Below, in pieces: positions 1 through 4,461 of a DNA stretch of 4,461 nucleotides. Where the stretch lies: NCBI GenBank assembly GCA_000004985.1, contig GG739185.1; one strand, given 5' to 3'. The translations under genes and the position numbers were made by a program. The notes under the pieces are model-generated. The model was not told the DNA's origin. It was given only the letters and a program-made list of their open reading frames with translations, and searched no databases. The DNA comes from Naegleria gruberi. Lineage: Eukaryota. Every line of letters begins with the position of its first letter. Position 1 is the first letter of the stretch.

Positions 1-1032
1 TTCATGAAAAAGTGTCTAGTTAATGGTGAATTGCCACCAATTATTATGGTATCTAGTGACAATGACCACAAGTTTGCACCATCAAACCGTAAAGGGCAAG
101 TTCGGATGGCGTTTTTGTGGGAAATATTTAATCTTGATGTTTTGATACATAGTTCCTATGCACCAAACTGTAGTAAGTATAATCGTGTAGAGAGAGAAAT
201 GGCACAACTGTCTAAAGTTTTAATAGGACATGTTGATTTAGACAGAAAACCCTTTGGAGAAGATAAAAAAGCAAAGCAAAAGAATGCTAATGCTGTGCTT
301 GAGAAGTTGAAGGAAATTTTTTTAAGAGCAGGCCCAAAGTATTTTGTAAATTCTGCAAGTGTCTACCAAACAGAACGTACACCTTTGCTTGAACATTGGC
401 CTACATTTGAGGAGATTGATTTATTTTTAGAAGGAAAGAATCAAGATGATGAAAAAATCAAAAGTTTGTTAAAAAAAATTCACACTCACTCCGAGCAAGG
501 AAATGGATTGAATCTTTTTGTTCTGAGAAAATGTGATGATCCAACATGTTGTTCACCAAAAAGAGCATCCAAATATTGGGAAATTACTAGTAGCTTTGGT
601 GGTTTTATTCCAAGTCCACTCATAGATCCTACTCGCTCCAACGAAAAGAATGAACATTTTTATTCCTATGAAGACAGAAACAAAATTTCAGGAGTTCAAA
701 TGGATGTCGACTTTCCTAGTTTGAAAGGAAATGCTGCTACTTGTGGCAAATGTAATAGAAGAATTCATTCTGAAATAGATAGGAAAATTCATGAAAATAT
801 TTGCCATCCAACAAGAACGGATTTGTTATTGGATGCTGATATTTCTTTGGAAGACAAAATATCATCTCCTGTTCCAACAGGAACAAAAGGGAGATCTTTA
901 GCAAAGCATTATTCTAACCTCGTAGAACAAGCAAAACAGAATGCACTAATTGAGGTTGAACGTGAACAACAATTAATCCAAAATTTAAACAACCCACAAC
1001 CACTGATTAGAAGAAAGAACAAAAAGAAATAG
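1..1032 (+). CDS. Hypothetical protein, 5'-partial; single C-terminal C2H2-type zinc finger plus a Cys cluster (CDDPTCC) and a basic NLS-like tail (RRKNKKK); stop TAG at 1030-1032
   Basis: The supplied ORF is 4..1032, but codon 1-3 (ttc) is in frame and not a stop, so the ORF is open at the window edge. It is 343 stop-free codons in AT-rich DNA and its composition looks protein-like. Zinc-finger pattern C-x2-C-x12-H-x4-H (CGKCNRRIHSEIDRKIHENICH) sits at nt 742-807. It is followed by an A/T-only spacer containing an AATAAA hexamer. I recognise no family-level homology by eye. Confidence 0.55.
   Translation, partial: FMKKCLVNGELPPIIMVSSDNDHKFAPSNRKGQVRMAFLWEIFNLDVLIHSSYAPNCSKYNRVEREMAQLSKVLIGHVDLDRKPFGEDKKAKQKNANAVLEKLKEIFLRAGPKYFVNSASVYQTERTPLLEHWPTFEEIDLFLEGKNQDDEKIKSLLKKIHTHSEQGNGLNLFVLRKCDDPTCCSPKRASKYWEITSSFGGFIPSPLIDPTRSNEKNEHFYSYEDRNKISGVQMDVDFPSLKGNAATCGKCNRRIHSEIDRKIHENICHPTRTDLLLDADISLEDKISSPVPTGTKGRSLAKHYSNLVEQAKQNALIEVEREQQLIQNLNNPQPLIRRKNKKK
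742..807 (+). other. C2H2-type zinc-finger motif (C-x2-C-x12-H-x4-H) inside the first ORF
   Basis: Direct reading of codons tgt ggc aaa tgt ... cat gaa aat att tgc cat. The spacing fits the classical C2H2 consensus C-x2-4-C-x12-H-x3-5-H. There is a single finger only. Confidence 0.5.
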
Positions 1033-1145
1033 AAAATATTTATTAATTATTTTATTACAACTAAATTAAATAATTTAATATAATTTAAATTAAATAAAGT
1101 TAAAATTAAATTAAAATAAATATTAATTTTATTTTTTTTTTAATT
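1033..1145. repeat. A/T-only low-complexity spacer with reiterated AAATTAAAT-like units and a T9 run
   Basis: There are only a handful of G/C bases across ~110 bp. The units ctAAATTAAATaa, ttAAATTAAATaaa and aaATTAAATTAAAAtaa recur. This pattern is typical of intergenic DNA in extremely AT-rich eukaryotic genomes. Confidence 0.6.
1092..1097 (+). terminator. AATAAA polyadenylation-signal-like hexamer ~60 nt 3' of the first ORF's stop
   Basis: Sequence match only. Such hexamers are frequent by chance in A/T-only DNA. A second AATAAA overlaps the second ORF's stop at 1840-1845. Confidence 0.2.
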
Positions 1146-1178
1146 CAGTGCCGAAACCCCCCACCCCTATGCGTGCTG
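1146..1178. other. Isolated GC/C-rich cluster GTGCCGAAACCCCCCACCCCTATGCGTGCTG at the boundary of the A/T-only spacer; function unknown
   Basis: There is an abrupt switch from ~0% GC to a ~65% GC island containing C6-A-C4 (G4TG6 on the minus strand). It is followed at 1185-1201 by the CCGTCTC..CCAAGG motif that recurs at 2063-2074. Confidence 0.5.
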
Positions 1179-1844
1179 TATTTTCCGTCTCTTCCCCAAG
1201 GATGGATTCTTCACTTACAATATTTTATAAGGTTATTAAGGGGGAATTATACTCATGATGATATTGTGTATTGTGAAAAAGTATTTACAAAATTTCAATC
1301 CATTTTTACATATTGTTTTGGCAAAGATAATTGCCAATTTCCGAATTATCATTGGGCAACACACATTTTTGAAGATTGTGTACTTTTTGGGGATGTTACA
1401 TGGTTTTGGGTGTTGATTTTTGAATTGAAACATTCTGAATTCAAACAATTTAATGATAGAAGTAATAACAAATTACTTGAAGTTAGAGGGTTGCAACATG
1501 AAGTTGGAATGAATACATTATTTGCAGATTATCCATTTACAAGACGATTAGTTGGTAAAACACTTGATGTTGCTAGAAAATCATCACTTAAGGTTGGAAT
1601 GTATATTCAATTCGATAGATTTATTGGGAAGATATCTCAATTAGGGGATAATGTTGTTTGTTGTGATGAAATTTTTACGCTTGGAGAGTTGTGTTATGTA
1701 TCATTAATGTACAAACTATTCATTCACTCAGTTGCCACTTCAGTAATTCCTCTTTCAAAGATTAATAGTGTGTGCAGTGTAATCAGATTTCCAGGTCTTA
1801 TTGCTCTCAATCAATTTTCATTCTGTATGAATTATTACCAATAA
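1173..1844 (+). CDS. Questionable hypothetical protein (223 codons from a GTG; internal in-frame ATG at 1509 would give 111 aa); F/W/C/Y-rich N-terminal half
   Basis: At roughly 6-7% stop-triplet frequency, 224 consecutive stop-free codons in AT-rich DNA are unlikely by chance. The minus strand is closed. However, the start is GTG and implausible for a eukaryote, the first in-frame ATG is far downstream, and the N-terminal half (FTYCFGKDNCQFPNYHWATHIFEDCVLFGDVTWFWVLIF) looks like translated T-rich non-coding DNA. The region 1509-1844 (MNTLFADYPFTRRLVGKTLDVARKSSLKVG...) is more protein-like. Confidence 0.3.
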   Translation: MLYFPSLPQGWILHLQYFIRLLRGNYTHDDIVYCEKVFTKFQSIFTYCFGKDNCQFPNYHWATHIFEDCVLFGDVTWFWVLIFELKHSEFKQFNDRSNNKLLEVRGLQHEVGMNTLFADYPFTRRLVGKTLDVARKSSLKVGMYIQFDRFIGKISQLGDNVVCCDEIFTLGELCYVSLMYKLFIHSVATSVIPLSKINSVCSVIRFPGLIALNQFSFCMNYYQ

Positions 1845-2136
1845 ATACTGGCAATAATTTTCAGTTAATTAATTTCAAAATAAAACAGTAATAAATAATC
1901 TAATAAAAACTGTAATTTTTATTCGTAATAATTCACATAATTTTATTAAAATTCTTCACGTCATAATATCTAATGTAATACTTCCATAATTCAAATCCGT
2001 AATTAAAAAAAAATATTTTTTGCCAGAATTTTGCGATAATAATCCACAATTAACCATAATAGCCGTCTCCAAGGTTGTTTTCTTCTCTAATTTTGGCTTC
2101 CTCTTCTGGGGTGAAATCGCTAGCATATTATGAGAG

Positions 2137-2159
2137 TATAAACATTTTCATTTTATATA
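2137..2159 (+). promoter_or_regulatory. TATAAA (2137-2142) and TATATA (2154-2159) elements downstream of a pyrimidine-rich tract (2075-2108)
   Basis: Sequence motifs only. They lie ~430-450 bp upstream of the 2591 ATG, which is far for a compact genome. They could serve an unannotated transcript or be chance matches in AT-rich DNA. Confidence 0.2.
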
Positions 2160-2496
2160 GAGACAATTATTAAAATAATCATTATCATTATCAACATGAT
2201 CATGAGCCAATGATTAGATGGAAACCTTGAAGAATGTTGGAATCTACACGCTTCAATATTAATGCATTGTAAGAACATTGGTCCATCATTTTCAAATTAT
2301 TATATTTATCATTTTTCGAAAAAAATATGGTCATCAACAGAGGTTCATTATTTGATGTGTTATTTGCATTGATTCTTGGAATGTAATAAATTTACTAGTA
2401 CTGAAGAAAATTAGAAATCGATTTTCGGTACGATCACACAATTCATATTACAATCGGGTGATGATGAAATTAATGCAGTTTTTGTGATTTTGAAAA

Positions 2497-2511
2497 TTTT
2501 GGCGCCATTTT
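2497..2511 (+). promoter_or_regulatory. E2F-like site TTTTGGCGCCATTTT (core TTTGGCGC) ~85 bp upstream of the recombinase ATG
   Basis: Matches the TTTSSCGC E2F consensus and is centred on the palindromic GGCGCC. It is the only GC-rich 8-mer in this 750-bp spacer. Short motif, not validated. Confidence 0.2.
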
Positions 2512-2590
2512 AACAAAGCCTTTCTACTAATAATTCAAATAGGAATGATAAAATTCCACCACAAACTATTTTAAAATCAAAAAAAACAAC

Positions 2591-4461
2591 ATGACAGATT
2601 CCAATCAAGATTATCACAGTCCTCCTTATGGAGAAGATGATTCAATTGATGAGGATGAGGAAGACTTGATCATTGAACAATTTCTAGCCTCTGAAGAAAT
2701 TCTCTCTGAAGCAGACATTTACATGGAGAATGATAAGGAAGTTGAATTTCTTCTAGAGCAATGTCAATACATTCAACCATCTCTCAACAAGCCTTTGGAA
2801 AATGAGGAGTTTGGAAACATGTCAAGTCAATTGGATCCATCCAACCTTGGTGCATCTTTTGGTACTGCTGCTGCTGCTACTGATAGTGCTAATGCCAACA
2901 AGGCTTATAGTAGACGAATCATCAATAGTAGTGATTATTATGAAGCTTATCAACAACTTCAAGCTAATAGCAAGGCTATGGAAGTATGGAATCCTCCACT
3001 TGAATTGCCTCCTCCTATTGACGAAAACCATACTGCTCTTATTCTCAACTCAAAGGATGATTCTAGAAAGGAAGTTTTATTCGAGGCTTTGTTTAATCAC
3101 ATTCCCTCCAATGAAATCATGCATCAATTCGTCAAGTATATAGGTGCAGAACAAGTCTTGCAAGATTTATTCTCTGTAATTGCTATCAATTCTCTCAATG
3201 ATCCTTCTCTCTTACCAAAACTGGTCGAGCAAATCAATTCCTTAGAGAAGAAGAGAAATACACAAGACAGTCTAATTTCTCAAGATTTAGAGAAACTTAT
3301 TCTTGGATACAATAGAAGAGGTGGAACATCAATTATTAGAGGTCGTAGAAGAGAAGAATATCAGCAAATGATGGATGAAGCAGCACCCTCACTCGAAGGA
3401 CTAGTTGGCGAAGAATTAATGAAAAGGAGAAATGAAATCTTTCAAAAAATTAAAAATGAAGTGTCAATCAGTGAGAGAACAAGGAGAACCTTTATGACTG
3501 GTGTTAAGAATTACTTGGCATACTGTATAGACAATAATGTACAGCCTTTTATTGCAACTGAAAATCCCAAATACAAAGGTATTGTCAATGAGATAGCCTT
3601 CAACTCATGGGCTCTATTTCTTACAGAACCAATTAATGGAAAGATTTACAAATTCAATACAGTTCTAGGCTATGCCAGAGGACTTCGAAGATGGTGCGAT
3701 AGAAATGGATATCAAAATTGTCTTCTCCCTAAAACCACAGAGTCTCTAGACCTCGCAAAAGCAGTTTCTAACATTGTTAATACTGAGGAAATAAGGGCTG
3801 CCATTATCATACCATATGAAATTTTTAGAATGGTACTATCTCTGCCACCAACAGAAACTGGTTTAAGACTCAGAGCAAGACTTCTCATTCAATACTTGAC
3901 AGGGTCTCGACCTTTTTCTATTGATTGCGTCAAAATCAAGAACCTTACCATTAGACATGTCATTAACCCAACCAAGAATACAATAGAATCATTCTCACTC
4001 GATATTTTCTATGAACATGACAAGACAACTGAAGAGTGTTATAGAACTCAAAGACTCTACTCTTTCCCTGTTCTTAGATATTGTCCAATACTCATGCTTT
4101 TAGAATATTTGGCTTTGAGAGGAATTTTCAAAAGTGGTAACTTGGAGTCATGTTTGAAAAATTGTGACTTTTCTATTAAGGAAGAATGTTTGGAAATGCA
4201 TTTATTCTCCTCTATTGGAAATGGTTTTGTACCTCACAATTTGAGTCAATTTGCTAAAGAAATTACCAATTCTAGATTATTTGTTGGAATTCAGCAACAT
4301 ATTGTTCCTTATAGTATGAGAAGATCTGGAGCTACATGGGCTGCTGTGCAAATCATGATCCAACACCAAAGTTTAAAGGTTGACGAGTTTGAATTAATCA
4401 TTCGTTGGTATGGATGGAAGTTAACACCAGGTAACAATGTCTATCGTCGTTATGTTGACAA
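2591..4461 (+). CDS. Tyrosine recombinase / integrase (Cre-phage-integrase superfamily), 3'-partial (>=623 aa), with a long acidic low-complexity N-terminal extension
   Basis: Hand translation from ATG 2591 in frame 2 to the window end gives 623 codons with no stop. The ORF is absent from the supplied track only because it has no in-window stop. The start context is aaaaaaaacaacATGa (A at -3). Ordered motifs: SxxTxxxYxxxL core-binding-like helices at aa 294-380; box I LLIQYLTGSRPFSIDCVKIKNL (R440; compare Cre TLLRIAEIARIRVKDI); PTKNT (K462); box II PYSMRRSGATWAA (R577; compare Cre GHSARVGAARDMA); RWYGW (W609); NNVYRRYVD (Y618, W-to-Y spacing 9 as in Cre GGWTNVNIVMNY). The alternate-frame ORFs 2802-3143 (+) and 2822-3031 (-) overlap it and are rejected. 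Confidence 0.85.
   Translation, partial: MTDSNQDYHSPPYGEDDSIDEDEEDLIIEQFLASEEILSEADIYMENDKEVEFLLEQCQYIQPSLNKPLENEEFGNMSSQLDPSNLGASFGTAAAATDSANANKAYSRRIINSSDYYEAYQQLQANSKAMEVWNPPLELPPPIDENHTALILNSKDDSRKEVLFEALFNHIPSNEIMHQFVKYIGAEQVLQDLFSVIAINSLNDPSLLPKLVEQINSLEKKRNTQDSLISQDLEKLILGYNRRGGTSIIRGRRREEYQQMMDEAAPSLEGLVGEELMKRRNEIFQKIKNEVSISERTRRTFMTGVKNYLAYCIDNNVQPFIATENPKYKGIVNEIAFNSWALFLTEPINGKIYKFNTVLGYARGLRRWCDRNGYQNCLLPKTTESLDLAKAVSNIVNTEEIRAAIIIPYEIFRMVLSLPPTETGLRLRARLLIQYLTGSRPFSIDCVKIKNLTIRHVINPTKNTIESFSLDIFYEHDKTTEECYRTQRLYSFPVLRYCPILMLLEYLALRGIFKSGNLESCLKNCDFSIKEECLEMHLFSSIGNGFVPHNLSQFAKEITNSRLFVGIQQHIVPYSMRRSGATWAAVQIMIQHQSLKVDEFELIIRWYGWKLTPGNNVYRRYVD
2865..2878 (+). repeat. (CTG/GCT)4 trinucleotide repeat inside the recombinase N-terminal region (encodes AAAA)
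   Basis: Direct reading: actgctgctgctgctact. It lies in the Ala/Ser/Asn-rich low-complexity stretch GASFGTAAAATDSANAN. Confidence 0.7.
3470..3730 (+). other. Putative N-terminal core-binding (SAM-like helical) domain of the recombinase (aa ~294-380)
   Basis: SERTRRTFMTGVKNYLAYCIDNN ... TVLGYARGLRRWCDRNGY resembles the S-x-x-T-x-x-x-Y...L..F / RaLsaLrsFfkyl helices of phage-integrase N domains. The alignment is by eye only. Confidence 0.35.
3890..4461 (+). other. Tyrosine-recombinase catalytic domain (aa ~434-623): R440, K462, [H571/Y574], R577, W609, Y618
   Basis: See motif list above. Codon positions: R440 cga 3908-3910, K462 aag 3974-3976, R577 aga 4319-4321, W609 tgg 4415-4417, Y618 tat 4442-4444. 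The domain is truncated by the window edge 5 codons after the presumed nucleophile. Confidence 0.75.

Larger units (their letters stand above)
1..4461 (+). mobile_element. Possible internal portion of a tyrosine-recombinase-encoding eukaryotic mobile element or selfish plasmid (Crypton-like; no RT, so not DIRS-like); termini not in window
   Basis: Inferred from an intron-less YR gene alongside a same-strand zinc-finger ORF in AT-rich, eukaryote-like DNA. No terminal repeats, target-site duplications or FRT/lox-like sites were seen, so the boundaries are unknown. Confidence 0.25.

Noticed and set aside
1151-1170. Telomere-like C-rich sequence (AAACCCCCCACCCC)
   Set aside because: It is a single unit with no tandem C4A4/C4A2-type repetition, and it sits internally between ORFs. 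I treat it as a GC cluster rather than telomeric or subtelomeric DNA.
1236-1448. 70-aa minus-strand ORF from the supplied track
   Set aside because: It is antisense within the already questionable ORF2. It is short and composition-driven, with no start context.
1-1844. DIRS/Ngaro-type retrotransposon (RT plus YR)
   Set aside because: Neither upstream ORF shows reverse-transcriptase (YxDD) or RNase H signatures. A C2H2 finger protein is not Gag- or RT-like.
1033-2590. FRT/loxP-like recombination target or long inverted repeats of a 2-micron-type plasmid
   Set aside because: I found no 13-bp inverted arms with an 8-bp spacer and no long inverted repeat within the window. Only the short IR at 1419-1445 and the palindrome at 2195-2204 are present.
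2822-3031. 69-aa minus-strand ORF from the supplied track
   Set aside because: It is antisense to the recombinase coding region. Its poly-Ser run is again the trinucleotide repeat read on the other strand.
2802-3143. 113-aa + strand ORF from the supplied track
   Set aside because: It lies entirely inside the recombinase ORF in another frame. Its poly-Leu (LLVLLLLLLIVL) comes from out-of-frame reading of the GCT/CTG repeats. It has no independent support.
1-4461. Yeast-mitochondrial origin (A/T-only spacer plus GC cluster)
   Set aside because: Trp is encoded by TGG repeatedly, with no in-frame TGA, in ORFs of up to 623 codons. Mitochondrial genomes are not known to carry tyrosine recombinase genes. 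The NLS-like tail also argues for a nuclear location.
1-4461. Bacterial or phage integrase locus
   Set aside because: There are no Shine-Dalgarno sequences. Non-coding spacers of ~140 bp and ~750 bp are present. I also see poly(A)-signal hexamers and C2H2/NLS features. Together the context reads as eukaryotic, although this cannot be strictly excluded without a database search.

Overview
This 4.46-kb window is AT-rich. By eye, coding stretches are roughly one-third GC, and one spacer is almost pure A/T. It carries three same-strand (+) ORFs without obvious introns, separated by long non-coding spacers.

The dominant feature is a >623-codon ORF at 2591..>4461. It runs off the 3' edge of the window, so it is absent from the supplied ATG/GTG-to-stop ORF track. 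I translated it by hand and found no stop. Its C-terminal third carries, in the canonical order and spacing, the active-site motifs of a Cre/phage-integrase-type tyrosine recombinase: box I LTGSRPFSIDCVKIKNL (R440), PTKNT (K462), box II YSMRRSGAT (R577), RWYGW (W609) and NNVYRRY (Y618, 9 residues after W as in Cre). Ahead of this domain lies a core-binding-like segment. Further N-terminal is a ~290-aa acidic, low-complexity extension.

Upstream are two more + strand ORFs. The first (<1..1032) is 5'-partial and has one C2H2 zinc finger plus a basic NLS-like tail. The second (1173..1844) is a dubious 223-codon ORF that starts on GTG.

The expression signals look eukaryotic rather than bacterial:
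- A-rich Kozak-like start contexts and no Shine-Dalgarno sequence.
- AATAAA hexamers at or after the stop codons.
- Trp encoded only by TGG, and TAG used as a stop.
- An NLS-like tail on the first ORF.

My reading is that this is an internal segment of a tyrosine-recombinase-encoding element (Crypton-like transposon, selfish plasmid or viral segment) from an AT-rich eukaryote or eukaryotic virus. No element termini are visible, and the host lineage cannot be determined from the sequence alone.
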